Below, piece after piece: positions 27,987 to 41,301 of a DNA stretch of 54,706 nucleotides. The notes beneath the pieces were generated by a model that saw nothing but the letters and a program-made list of their open reading frames with translations, had not been told where the DNA came from and made no database searches. Positions within the stretch are counted from its first letter, which is position 1. Every line of letters starts with the position of its first letter. This DNA is from Chromera velia. Its lineage: Eukaryota. The stretch is from assembly GCA_018398765.1 (NCBI GenBank), contig JAHBMJ010000202.1:1-54706 (forward strand). Direction: 5' to 3'. Both the position numbers and the translations under genes were made by a program.

Positions 27987-29792
27987 TGTCATGTTCTAGT
28001 GAACACGGCAAAGTGCGCAGATGTTGGTGGCTAGCGTAGGGAGATGGAATGAAGTGAAAGTGTAAGAATAAAGGTCCGGCCAGGGCTTGCATCATATGCG
28101 CCGGCTGCAATACAAACTCCCGTCCTGCATAGCAGGAACCTTTTGGTTTCACATTGTCTTGTCTTACTCATCATCTGATAAACTGCAGAGCTCTTATAAG
28201 TGGAAATGCAGGCCGGAAGAAGAGATCGATCACTATTTAATATTCATAAGGATCGAATCGGAATAGTCGTGGTGATGACGCGCATGCCTGCAACTTGTGT
28301 CGGCCGTGACGTGCGGGCTAGCATGCGGGCGGCGCGGCTTGGACATGGGTCGGCCCTCTATGGCATCGATGTACATCGATGCGCAGTGTGTGGCCCCTGT
28401 GGCACACAACATGCATTCCCTTTTCTTCTTCTTTGGTGGGCTAACTCTAAGGGAAGGGAATTTGCGCGGCTTTTGAAGACTCAGTCAATCAAACGAGAAA
28501 CTTCTCCTTCAATGCTCTGCAGTGATGACTGCATGCCCCATCAGGCCGCCAAAGCGATGAAGAAGGGTTACTGGACATGGCAGAAGTCGATGCGGACGGT
28601 TAGGATTAGGTTTAGTCAGATGAGCTGGGAAGACCGCAATGGGATGATGGTCCAGGAGGGAGGAAGCTGGAGGCAGAGACTCAGTGAAGAAACGGAAGGA
28701 GAAAAAAAACTAAGGAACAGACGTTGCCAGTGATTGTTCCCCTCCTTGCAATGAAAACTAACAGATAGAGGCAGACTCCCTGGCAGAGACTGTACGACAA
28801 ACATCAATAAACGCAACAGACAAAAACAGATAATGCAGAGCTGTGGAGGGTAAACTGCAAACACAGGCACCGAACGTACGCAGAACCATGGAGGGCAAAC
28901 TGCACAGACAGGTGCCGACAGGCAACGACGCAAAAGTGGAGGACCTCTCCCCCCACCCCCAAACTGCTGGCAGCAAGTGCATAACAAGGCGTAGGACTCA
29001 TAGCTCTAGGCCACCTATAATTACAGCTCGCCGTCACATCGCCTCCGAAGAGAAAAGAGAGAAGAAGAATCTGCAAGTGCGGGTCGAAGACGAAAAAGCT
29101 GGAGTAGAGACACGGTTTCCTAATTAGAGCCAACCAGAGCGGCAGAACAACTCTCTATCATCGGCATCTTAATTATAAACTTAATATCAAATGAGTAGTT
29201 AGAACAGAGAGAGGCACGGTGACCTTGTGAGACGCCCCAACCGAGGGAGACGGACTGGAGACGGGAGATTTCCAAAAAGAATAAAAAGAGTGCGATGAAG
29301 GTAAACGACTTCAAGAGAGAAGAACTCGAGGCTCAGAGGTTATGAGGATCGAGGTTTGGCGAATGCTACCATGTCGTATTCTAGTGAATACGGCAAAGTG
29401 CGCAAACGTTGGTGGCTAGCGTAGGGAGATGGAATGAAGTGAAAGTGTAGGAATAAAGGTACGGCCAGGGCTTGCATCATGAGGCCCAGTGCCGGCTCAG
29501 GCCCGGCTGTAATGCAAACTCCCGTCCTGCATAGCAGGAACCTTTTGGTCTCACATTGTCTTATCTTACTCATCATCTGACAAACTGTAGAACTCCTGTA
29601 AGCGGAGATGCAAGCCGGAAGAAGAGATCGATCACTATTCATGAGGAACCGGAACAGTTGTGGTGATAATGCGCATGCCTGCAATTTGTGTCGGCCGTGA
29701 CGTGCGGGCTAGCACGCGGGCGGTGCGGCTTAGGCGTGGGTCAGCCCTCTATGGCATCGATACGCAGTGTGTGGCCCCTGTAGCACACAATA
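27987..29792 (-). mobile_element. Non-autonomous LTR retroelement (TRIM/LARD-like), 1.8 kb
   Basis: Two ~420-bp direct repeats at 27987-28411 and 29372-29792 read T(G/A)TTGT...ACA on the minus strand. A 5-bp TSD CATGG lies at 27982-27986 and 29793-29797. PBS TGGTAGCA abuts the 5' LTR (29371-29364). A polypurine tract AAGAAGAAGAAAAGGGAA precedes the 3' LTR. No gag/pol was recognisable internally. Confidence 0.85.
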
Positions 29793-30035
29793 CATGGCAA
29801 TGTCATAATTCAAATATAGAACTTGATATAGAAAAACAATTTAAACTTTTATAAATAAAAAGCACTAGTTTTTATGTTTCGACTAGTCTTGAGATGTTTT
29901 TGTCCTTCCTAATTCATCCTTTTTATGATTATCTAGGTGATTATTCGACGTAATATTCGTAATCGTGACTAGAATCGTGAATGCTTTTCCTCTCAAAAAC
30001 GAAAAAACTAGCAAAAAAAAAATTTAACACTACCA

Positions 30036-33000
30036 TTATAAAATTAAGATAGGACTTTTAAACTCATACTGGCATAATACTACTAATGGCTTTGATCTTT
30101 CATCGATCTCGATATTTCCAAACAGATAAACCGTCTCTAAAGACCGCACTCGCTTGGATCCTATAAGCACCAACAAAGCGTCTGCTACACCTCCGGTCAG
30201 CTCATTGCGGGACAGACCCAGGTGCTCGAGGGGGGGCGGGGGTCGGCTCATCCATGCCTCCGTCAGCACCACTACTCCTTCATCATGGAGCTGTGAAAGG
30301 TGAGCGCGGAAACTTCTCAGGCTAGGCAGGTTCTCTGCAACCACAACCTCTGATAAAGCCCTGCCCCCACCAATCCCCAACATGCAGGAATCAAGCCGAA
30401 GCTTACGCAGAGAAGACAGTCTCCCGCTGTCCAAGCCCACACACAAGGCGCGGACCTCTTCAATCACGCCAAGCTCTCTCACACAAAGTTCTTCTAGCCT
30501 GCAGAGATGCCCAGAGCTCAGAGCAGATAGAGCAGCTGAGAGCATGGCTATCTGGGTAGCGGCATTTGAGGTGGCGATGCCAGAAACCCGCAAGTCAAGC
30601 CGTCGGAGCGCAGAGACACGGGGAGAGCCAAGAGAGGCAGCGAAGGGCTGCATACCTTCTGGCCCGACCTCGCGAAGGTTCACTGTCAGATCCCTGAGGG
30701 AGGGAACTCTCCCCCCACTGATGAGGGCTGACAGAGACTCTGCACCGTGCCGACTTAGGTTTACGAAGAAGGGGAATTGGAGGGAGCGGAGAGCAGGGAG
30801 ACGTGCGGGACCTCTGGAGAGGCCCTCCAATATGGCCCCGAGTTCTTCTTCTCTGTCTCTCCGGACATCTGTGTACAAATCCTCCAGAGAGTCCAGATAG
30901 TCCAAACATGCATCTGAGTGGGTGAAAGCTTCTCCAAAGTCTCTCAAAAGGGCTCTACTGAGCGCTCCGGACGTGAAATCGAATCTAAACTTCTGCAACC
31001 CCGACAACTTCCCACCCCTGATGAGTGCAGCCAATTTTGTCACACCATCTCCCAAATCTGCTCACACTCCAACTTTAAGGTCAAGAAGCACGGGAGGGCC
31101 AATGCTCCCTCGGGACAGTCCCTCACAGAAAGAACCAAATTTATGGCTGTGATGCTAAAACAGACGAACAGTCCGAAGAGAAGGTACTTTGCCGGTGCTT
31201 AAAACCTCCTCCAGTGCTTTACACCCCTCCCCCTCCCCCTCCCGCCCACAAGAAACACAGAGAGAAAGGTGCTGAAGGGCTGACAGCCGCCCCCCACCCA
31301 ACCCCTCCGCAATTCCTCAACCCCCCTCATCCCCCTCCTCCTCCCACTCAAGAGATAGCTTCTGGAGCACCGGACAACCCCCCCCATCCAACGAGTGACC
31401 GAGCGAAGACATCGAGTCTCCGCTTATGCGTAGGCGGAATCGTACGTCTAGTTTCAAACTCACGAGCGACGACAACCCCCCCGCCCATACGGACCCCGCA
31501 AGGGCTCTAACCCCATCTCCGGCATTGTCATCATACATATTCACATCAAAAATCTGCAGGAGGGCTGCACTGCAGGGGGAGTGTCTGCGGAGACGAAGAG
31601 AGTCCCCTGGCAAGTCCCCACATTCCTGCAGGGCCTAAAGGGTTATCACTCAAGTTCAGGCTGACAAGGTTCGGGAGCCAGCCGAATGAGAGCACAGAGC
31701 CGAGGGCCTCCATCGCCTCACTGCGAAGCCTGTTGCCTGCATGGACGAGAGGAGAGGAGGAAAGCGTGGGTTGATCGATCGATCGAGAATGTCAAACGAA
31801 GCGCGAAGTTCGAAATAGAGAAAACAGCAAGTCCTAGATTCAATGAAGCCAAAAGCCGTTCAGTCGGTCATCACACGACTAAGACAGAGGGCAGGAATGA
31901 GAATCTGCGAAAAAAAAAAAGAGAAGCCTGCAGAACCCGAGCTAGTTGCGGTTGTACAGTTGAAGAAAAGTGAGGGAGGATTCGAGGAAAGAAACGAACG
32001 CTGACACAAACTGACCGCTGAGGTCGATCTGCTCCAGAGAGCGAGGGAGCAAAGGGAAGAGGGTGACCACTGCCTCACCGAGATCGCAACCTGCATGGAA
32101 AGCGAGCAAGAAGATAAAATTCCCATATTGAAACGGGAGTCCAGTTTTTCGATCAACCCTTCTCTTCTTCTTTCAGTAGTTGCATGACGCATCTAGCACG
32201 TACCCACAAGGGTTCCGAGGTGTATTCCTTTACGGTGCGTCAAAATGAGGCAGACGACTGACTGGCAAGGTTGAGGGTCTTCAGGCACAGAGACGGAGCC
32301 CCTCCTCCCCCGCTTGCCTGGAGTCGTAGGAAGTCGAGGAGCACGGACAGGCATGCGTCCTTGCAGACATGAGGACCTGAAGAGAGATGGTACAGGATGC
32401 AAAAAGAACAGGGAAAGCGCGACCATCTGTGTTGCATGTTTCTACCTTCTTGCAGGTCTCTTTATTCTTCCATCTGCTGTTCTTCCTGCCCGTCTCCACT
32501 GCCGGTCTGCATTGTGTGTAAGGCGGCTCTTCATCTTTCGATGCGACAGGGCCCGCGTGGGTGTGAGGTTCTCGTTACAAAATCAGAAAAGGGTCCTGAA
32601 CTTCCCCGACTCATTCACTCACCGCATTTGAGAGTCTTCACAACACCAGGCCCCCATGGGAGAGAGGAGATAAGAAGCTTCAGCTTTTGCACACTAAGAC
32701 AGAAGCCTGCAGAGGGGACGGATACAAAAGCTTATGTACACACTCATTGAAAGAAGATAATGCACAAACGGGAAGCCTCACTTGCATAGATACAGTTAAA
32801 GACAGAGAGAGTCAATTAACTCGACATGTGAAGGAAGAAAAGAAATATAGAGAGAGGAAATCGGATGACATTGTGCTGCAACACAGGACGAGCAGGCTGA
32901 AGAAAAAGAGCGGAGAGGACAGACAGAAGGATTCGAACATAACGCGAGAGAGGGGGGAAGCGGCAGGGTGAAATCCTCCGCTCGTTCCTGAGGAGGATCA

Positions 33001-33821
33001 CGAGAAGTCTGCAGACGTTGCCCTAATTCTCAGAAACGAACGCGGATGATCTGACTTCCATGAAACAACGTACAGCAAAAAACGAAGACACGGAGAATCT
33101 CTTCTACTCTTCCATAAAACAACGTACAGCAAGAAACAAAGACACGGATAATCTCTTCTATTCTTCCATAAAACAACGTACAGCAAGAAACGAACACTCG
33201 GATAATCTCTTCTATTCTTCCATAAAACAACGTACAGCAAGAAACGAAGACACGGAGAATCTCTTCTATTCTTCTATAAAACAACGTACAGCAAGAAACG
33301 AACACTCGGATAATCTCTTCTATTCTTCCATAAAACAACGTACAGCAAGAAACGAAGACACGGANNNNNNNNNNNNNNTTCCATGAAACAACGTACAGCA
33401 AAAAACGAACACTCGGATAATCTCTTCTACTCTTCCATAAAACAACGTACAGCAAGAAACGAAGACACGGATAATCTCTTCTACCCTTCCATAAAACAAC
33501 GTACAGCAAGAAACGAAGACACGGATAATCTCGTCTATTCTTCCATGAAACAACGTACAGCAAAAAACGAACACTCGGATAATCTCTTCTACTGTTCCAT
33601 GAAACAACGTACAGCAAAAAACGAACACTCGGATAATCTCTTCTACTGTTCCATGAAACAACGTACAGCAAAAAACGAACACTCGGATAATCTCTTCTAC
33701 TGTTCCATGAAACAACGTACAGCAAGAAACGAGGACAACGACAGGGAGGTCTCCCTCTACTCACCCGACAGATCCAGGCTCTGAAGGGGAAGCTGGCACC
33801 GTTTCTGCATGCACACACACA

Positions 33822-33906
<85 letters not shown>

Positions 33907-34122
33907 TCCAAATCACAATTCTGAAAGACTCCGTGGGTTTCCGTGACGAAATAGAGGAGATTTCTTGGCGACCCATCTTCTGAGTAGAACACAAGAACCG
34001 CACCATAAGGGACACATTGAAGTGCTCACAAGGCGGTTTGGCTTCCTGACCGTTCGGATGAATTCCAAAAGGAGCCATGCCGAGCCAAAGCCCTTTCTGT
34101 CCGATGCCAGTTCTGATATCGC
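30036..34122 (-). pseudogene. RNI-like leucine-rich-repeat gene, degenerate
   Basis: Phase-compatible exons 34122-34051, 33804-33765, 32706-32623, 32376-32263, 32090-32016 and a large last exon from 31736 (LVSLNLSDNPLGPAG, LSSLRKLRLDSC, LEHLGLSRNELTG). There is a frameshift near 31560 and in-frame stops at 31317, 31155 and 31062. The 5' end is unresolved and may extend to about 34550. Confidence 0.8.
33057..33735. repeat. 54-bp minisatellite (~12 copies, contains an N gap) in an LRR intron
   Basis: Unit TTCCATAAAACAACGTACAGCAAGAAACGAACACTCGGATAATCTCTTCTATTC. Confidence 0.95.
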
Positions 34123-35564
34123 CTGCAGCAGAACACAACGCACAAAAAATTCAGAGTCGAACAACGCAGACGTCCGGCCAAATACGCAGGGCTTTAGGCC
34201 TGGTTTTCGCGTTCAATGAAAAAAAAAATGCCAGGGAGAGAAGCCCGCGCTTGACAAAGAACGACGCCGACACCAACGCACCTCTGCGGTCGGACGAGCG
34301 TGCTCAAAAAGCGAGCAGAGCACATTATCAGACGTCTATGTAGATAGAGCCCCGGTGCCTTGCGAGTCCCCAGTGGCTGCGAACGAGGAAGGAGGGGGGC
34401 GGAAAGGGTGGAAAGTAAATTTTCGCACGAGATTGAAAAGAGTGGGAGGACGGCAGACTGCCTGTCGAGGGTCAAATACGCAAAAGCGACGGACCTGAGG
34501 GGGGGCACTGGAGTCTGGCGGTCGATCCGATCATCCGGACATTCTCACAGCAGATAAAAGTCTCACGCGATGACAAGAAAATACAGAGCAGAAGGTTGGG
34601 TCATGCAAATGCAACTACTAACGTCTCCTAACTGGAGACAGCGACAGACTCTCAAAAATTCAGCACTCAAAATGGACCACAAGTTCCCCGACAGAGGCTC
34701 GCGATTCAGCTGGAGCAGTGAAAGTAGTCATATGATGTGATCTCGCGCAGTCTTGTGGGGTTGTTGTAGCATGTTGTAGCGACATGATTCTGGCAGTTTG
34801 ATCGAAGTATTCATACCATTGGGGCAATTTGGGGCATGAATGGGCATGACTAAGCCTGGTATAAACTGCCCGGCGGCGCGTGCCGCCACGACATGGCAGT
34901 CTGCATATGCATGACCATGCAGCCGTTCCTCGCAGGCTGCTATGTCGCAGATAGCCACTAGGCTTGGGTATATGATGATTGAGGGTTTTTTCATGCATGC
35001 CGCGTCCCCATGTATAAGAGGCGGATCTAACCTAATTTATCGATTTGTTCCATCCTACGACTACCAGCGACGAAAATAGGTATGACTTCGATCACTCTGA
35101 TATAGCTGATCAATCACAGCCTCACAACAGGTTGGACAATGCGGTAATATCGGAGGCCTTTGCTGTCGAGTATATCGTATCTGTGGCTAGAGAGCCATTT
35201 TAGGCTTACGAGTACGCAAGCGGGACTAGTCAGACCGATATAGCATAGATCGTTTTGCGATCCACCACTATAATCGGACGACTCGAACCACAACCCCCCA
35301 ACTACTCGCTATCGGTGAGGCCTCCATATACCCGCGAAAGTCTCTGTGTCAGACTCTGAGGAATGTGGTCCTGCTAGGCGGTACTGGCTCTAGTTCAGTC
35401 TGTTCAGAACTGCTGGTAAACTAGTCTAGGAATGCTACCCTAGGAGGTAGTCCTATAACCAACCAATTTGAAAGCTCTCTGCAGCTGACTAGTCTCAAAA
35501 TATGTGATGCTAGGGATTTAGACCCATACTTACACATATGCTTGGTTAATTAAGACATTTAAAT

Positions 35565-36620
35565 TTACATCTTGGCTTGGAATTCCCGAAGTTCTTGAAG
35601 AGGCCGGAAGCCGTAGGCTGCCCCTACTGACTTCCCTCTGTGGCTGATCAGATCAATTTAAACGTCTTCTGGGAACCCCAGGCGGAGCAGCCGAGAGTAG
35701 CCCCCCTTACGGAAGCTGTGTACCGCAATGTCTTTTGCCTGTGCCTGTGTCAGGTAGGCCGCGAAGGCCTTCCGGATGGACTGATACCAGGTCAAACGTT
35801 GGAGAGTTGGCGTTCGTACATCTCCCCCTGCTTTTACATAATCAAAAGACTCGCCCATCTCGCTCCCCTTGTAGCCCTGAAGATCGGGCCCTCAGCCAGA
35901 GCCACCATAAAGAAACGATCCCAGACTGCCCCCACATGCACTCTGGAGGTGAACTCGGGGAGAAGTAGCCACTAACCTCTACCATAGAGATCATTTTTCT
36001 ACCTCACGATGAACAAGGCAAACCCCTCTGGGATTTTATTCCCTTCGTTGTCTAAAAGGAAGGCTCCACTCTCCGTGGTCTTATAGCATTGCATCATGTG
36101 GCTTCTGGTCAGATGTTGTACATCCCCAAACCACCAGCATCCAAAAAACAGCAACGAGGCAAGGGCGGCATCTCTACATGCTTTCAGCAGCACGTAGTTA
36201 CTGCTGTTATGTGTGGGTCCCTCGAGGAAGTGAGTCAATACCTGTTTGAACTCCTAACACGTGAGGGGTCTCTTTCCCTGCACATGGTGGCGCAATTGCT
36301 TTTCTAGGCCATGCCAGTAGTGGGTAAAGGCCTAGGTAAGGGCGGGGTGTTCGAACAGAGGGGGGGGAAGGCCTTAACATTTGTGTTCCCACTGGATTGC
36401 GCTCTTCCATGTCCTTTTCACGGACGCCGGCCTCCCATCCAGAGCGGAAAACACGGCGGCTGCCTGCCAAACCTCTGTCATAGGGAGGAGACTCAATTCG
36501 TCCAGATTTTGAGGGCTCAACGTGTGGACTGCTCTGAGAGCGTCTTCGTATGACTTGCGGGTTGAAGGAGCTAAGGCCTCCCGATTGATTTGTAATGCTC
36601 TAGTAAACAGTGCATGAGTT
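35565..36620 (-). pseudogene. Tyrosine recombinase of a DIRS-type retroelement, disrupted
   Basis: Motifs occur in the expected order across stops and frameshifts: ALAPSTRKSY (N-domain), RDAALASLLFFGCW (box I), KNDLYGRG, GPIFR, VHSFRKGG (HxxR box II), HRGKSVGAAY (candidate catalytic Tyr). Confidence 0.85.
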
Positions 36621-37887
36621 GCTGCAGAAGCTGATGGGGGAGGGCGATCATGGGCTGCAAGCTGGCGTGTCTCTCTCAGACTGTGGATATGCATCAACGC
36701 CGGAAGGAAAGGGGCCGTGGATGGGTGGGCGAAAGGCATTAGGTCAGCCGTTTTGGTTGCTGGGTATGGCTTTATATGTCTGGCGGTGCTCCGACGGGAG
36801 GCTGTCTTAGAGACCGATGGGCCCCACCCCCTGAGTCTCAGAAAGGTGGGACGTGCCATCTGGGCAAACACAGACTATGGTCTGCTTGCCTGAGACTGGT
36901 TTGGCGGAAAAGAGCCTGAAACGTCTGCTTGCATCCCTTTTCTCTTTGTTACCAATTGGCTGGGAGAGGTAGCCTTGGCTTGCTATGCCGACGCCTGCCC
37001 TCCTCCTGCGATGGCGTTATTTGCCACTGTTATCCATGTAAGGGGAATGGGAGCTGGAGGGGATAGGGGAGGTCTCAGCACTGGTTTTGGAGGTGCCTGC
37101 TGGGAAGTTGCTGCGGTTACGCCTCCCACGTTTCTCTGTTCCTGCTTGTTTTATGCTCGGGCGGGGGGCCACGCTGGCTGCTGTGGCTTTGCCGGCCCAG
37201 AGCCTGTAGGTCTCTGTCCATGAAGGCCTACTGGACGTGACGTCTGTTTCCAGAGGTTCTCAACCGGTCCCAAGAGAACCCCTCTTGGCGGCCCTCTGGC
37301 CCCTGCATACACATGTAGGCGTGCTGTTAAATTTGCTCTCAAGTGCCTAGAGTGGTGATGACTATTTGACAGCACCTTAAGAAGCGACTGCAAACAGCAC
37401 TCATGTATGAACTGGTAGACAAGCTGAGCGTGGATAAGCGATACCTAGTGACACTGTGTATGTATGAGTCAAGAGGGATTCGAAGTATGTCTAATGCCTA
37501 CCTCCCTCTTGCTCTGATCTTTTCGCTGGGTGGTGCTCGACCGCTTAGAGTTATGACCCTCATGCGGATCTATAAGCCTTAGGGCTTTGATTGATGCTAT
37601 TGCCTTCTATAAATGAGGTTTTATTGTAGGTTAGTTCATGATGTTGTACCGGTCAGTGGGACCTGAATATAAAATTTTAGTAAATAACAATGTTGATGTC
37701 TGCCTCGGCAAGCAAGCGGCCTGTTTACCTGCATGAGCAGCCTGAATCCTTCATACACTTTTCATGGAAGAACTCTCAATAAGACTGCTGACTCCGTCCA
37801 CGATTGCGCGAAAGACAACTCGGCAGGCGTGGTCTCAAGGTCTGGAGTGACGTCTGTGACACGGGTGGGCGGCTGGGCCTCAAACAG

Positions 37888-38940
37888 CTATGTGCCTGCT
37901 GGAAAGCTTACTATTGGATGTCCATGCTCTCTGGTGGTTTGAAACCAGGCTGCTGAAGGCAATACCGGAAGCAGGAGGAAGTGTGACGACTGGGGGTCTG
38001 ACCGTGTGGACACACGTATGGCTGAGACTGCCTGAGCTTGGTGCTCTGGTGAAGGGATCCACACATACGGTATAGTCTGAGGCCTGGCTCTTTGAGGAAG
38101 AGGGTGGGCTTGCAAAACTGTGACAAAATCCGCTGCCGGCTGCTCGTGGAAGCTCGTTGGAGCGTGCTGTCTCAAGGCCTGTCGGATAGTCTGAGCCTTC
38201 TCTCTGCCCATCCCTGACGTAACACTCGCAACAGTTCGTCAGCTATCTTATTCAACACTCCTGAAAGGTGAACTGCACATAGCGTGACTCCATTGGCCTG
38301 GGTAAAGGCTAACCGTAAAGTGATGCAACTCACCTGCTAGCTCGTTTAGAGCTGCTGCAGAACTGTACCCCTTATTAATCACTGCTACTGTGACAACCAC
38401 CCATTTGCCCTGGAGAAGGGGCTGCCAATATGCTAAGGCTAACACGACTGTCTTCAGTTCTCTCCAATTAGAGGAGTTGTGTGCCTGACTCTTAGTCCAT
38501 CCGCACGCCCAGGCCTGACGGGCTGGCCAAAGACTAGGCCAAAGAGTACCTCCTCCCTCCAGGCTCGATACGTCTGTGGTGACAAGGACTGCCCCTTCTG
38601 GGAGGCACTGAAACGCATCCGCTGCTGGAGCAGGAAGGGACGGTAAGATGGAGGGGGACCACGGGGCTAAACCCATACCTGCGCTGTCTGTGCGGAACAG
38701 CTGTCAGTTAGGGGGCATCTCCATATGTAGGCACCACTGCCACCAAAAAAGCTCTGCTTGGCAGGCTCTCGGTAGTCCTTCTGTACGTGCTATGGCTGTG
38801 CGTTTGGTGCTGAGCCACTGCTGTCGGCTGATCTGAGCCTGTGCTATGAGAGAAACTTGCTGTGACCACAGGGCTTGTGGTACCCTAAAGGCAAAGAAAC
38901 CTCCGGGCAGAAGCCTTTTCAATCCGTACCCGCTCGTCAC
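37888..38940 (-). pseudogene. DIRS-type RNase H with adjacent RT-connection and downstream conserved domain remnants
   Basis: AELFWW (connection region), VTTDVSSLEGGG (TDAS-type motif), SSNWRELKTV, AVINKGYSSAAALNEL, then LLLPVLPSAAWF resembling the post-RNase H block of DIRS elements. Confidence 0.75.
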
Positions 38941-40954
38941 TCTGCCACAGTCGCCAGCTCAAACTCTGCCTCCGCAGTCACCGCCTCCAGCGGCAGGGCA
39001 GGCAGGTAGCTAGCAGCTAGGGGGTCCTTGAGGAGGGGCCACAGTTGGCGGTAGCTGTCGGGGGTCAGGACAGGGATGCCCTGCATGCGCCAGGACTTCT
39101 GAGGGGGGAGCCCTGGGAAGAAGCCCACTGCAGCTGTATCTCTTCTTCTTAGCGGATGGTCCTCCCGATTTGGATTCACTTGTGATGGCTTCGTGGTCTC
39201 TCGGGCCCAGCTTGCACCAATATCGCCAGTCTTGCTCTTTATTCTTGTTACTTACAGCAGAGTCCTTTGACTGGGAGGACTGCTGAACCTCAGCATCTGC
39301 CTCTGCCTCTGTCTCAGCTCTCCTGTCTGAAACCTGCTCCCGGCGCCCGAGATACTCACCTAACTAGTTGGGTGCATATGTATCTCGCGAATCGCCTCGG
39401 GGGGCAGCTCAGCTTTGCTGAGATCAGCCGAGAGGCCCTGAGATCGCACGCATTCGCATAACGCATTTTTTCTTTTTTTATATATCGATCATAGGGGGAG
39501 TTGATCCTTCACCACGCCTTCCTGAACACAAATGCGCTTGCACAAAAGTGCCCCTCAAATAACTCGTACGGAGCTATTAATTGTATGCCTTCAATTAAGT
39601 ATGTGCATCCGTGCCCCTCAAGTAACTCGCACGGAGTTTCGGCGTAAAAAGCATACTTCATACAAATTGCCGTAACCCCCGCCCTATATGCAAATAAGAC
39701 ATGCCTAAGCCCCCAATGGTGTGCATTATGCAATTGGACCCCTTAAATGGCCCCCCGAGGCACTCATCCAACTGGTTGGGTGTATCATATGCATATACAC
39801 GCATGTACGCGTACATACGTACAAAAAAAAAAAGACGTAAGTACGTACGTACGTATATATACGCATATACTCGATCGATATATATGTATATTTAATAATA
39901 TTAATATATATATCGATCACTGCTACTCAGCTAGCATGCATGCAAAGACTGATCAGTCTAGCTCTAGCTGATCGTCGACGCTTCATTCTTCTCTTCATGC
40001 ATGAGTTCTGTCTTTTGACTCTTCTCATACAAACGGGGTGTATCAATTGACACGCACATTTGTAAAGGTCACAGTCTTTTGTTGCAGAGCACGCCAAACT
40101 TCATCCAGTTTTGCAATAAGTCTCTTGGTCTTGCGTGTGTTCATGAATCATTTACGGCAACAAAGCTGGAAAGCCAGACAGTCAATCAAACAAAGAAGCG
40201 CAGCATACGCAATCGACTCAAGCAGTAAAGACAGTTGCAATAGGCTAGCCAGCAAAGCATCTGATTATGCAGGACGCTGACGGGGCATGGCTAGGGGACT
40301 TCTTCTCATTAAGCTTGATTTGTCAGGTATGTGTGGAGTGGGCAGGCCCTGGTCTCCTCAATAAGCTAGTCAATAAGATGCACATCGTGGGACACAAGGG
40401 TTTCTTGACTCGTGAGAAGCTTTGTCACGCGGCAAGGGTCGCTTCTTATTAGCTCTATCCTGCAGATGAGACCAAAGAAGCCACGAACCACCTGATTAAC
40501 GACAAACTCAGACAAATTGCCCATGAAGCCCATACTTTTGGGCTAAAGTACAGAGTCATTCTTCTTCTTGGTCAGTTTTTTATCTTCTCTCCCCCACCTC
40601 CCTTGTCCGACCCTAGGTCTGACTCCAGAGCGCCTCAGAGCCCCCTCTTCTCTCTTTCAGACTCTTCATTCCCTTTTTCCCCTTGTTTTTGTTCTTTTTT
40701 CTTGTCTTCGAAGACTTCTTTTCGGAATGTGTCACCTTCTGCAAAATGTCGGCCTTCCTTAGATCTATCAATGGAATGTGTCAGACACACATTCTGTGGT
40801 CTTTCTGCACGAGAGATGTACATGCAAGCACACCATAGTTTGAATTAATTAAACAAAGTGTCTTTCCTAAAGTATTCAGCATTTATCTAATAAGTACAAC
40901 AGTGTGCATGTATAACAGTGTATCAGGCTTCTGTCTTCTTATACATGTTTGCAG

Positions 40955-41301
40955 ATGACGGCGACCATACTAGTGGCTTGCAGGCTCTGAGAGAAGCTCA
41001 TGTAGACCTCTTTCTAATCTTTCCAGACGGGTCAACAGGCAAACTTACACAACAGTTCCCCCCAAACAACAAAATGCCTCTGTCGTGCCTAAAGCAGAAG
41101 GTCTCTGACAAAGACATCCACTCTTTCACAGAAATCTCCTATAGCGCTGGCTATAAACACGGTTTCAATGCGGGGCTGCATGCGGGGCCGACATCTCAGA
41201 CTGCCAGTGGAGGAGCAGGGACTTCTGGGACTGGAGAAATAGCAACAGCAGCAACAGCAGCGGAGACAGGGCCCACGGACATGGTACTCACTGTAAGCTA
41301 A
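40955..41301 (+). CDS. Possible terminal exon of a hypothetical gene
   Basis: Acceptor TTTGCAG|ATGACG is followed by a plausible ~115-codon frame. Possible small upstream exons lie at about 40273-40327 and 40466-40548. No recognisable domain. Confidence 0.25.

Larger units (their letters stand above)
35565..39200 (-). mobile_element. Decayed DIRS-order (YR) retrotransposon
   Basis: Same-strand RNase H followed by a tyrosine recombinase is diagnostic of YR retroelements. Termini were not identified. Confidence 0.75.

Noticed and set aside
31062..31319. Stop-codon reassignment suggested by in-frame TGA/TAG in the LRR gene
   Set aside because: Mixed stop types plus a frameshift indicate decay, and intact genes in the window use TAA, TAG and TGA as normal stops.
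33057..33735. CRISPR array or 18-aa repeat protein
   Set aside because: No variable spacers, and it lies in a phase-consistent intron of the LRR gene.
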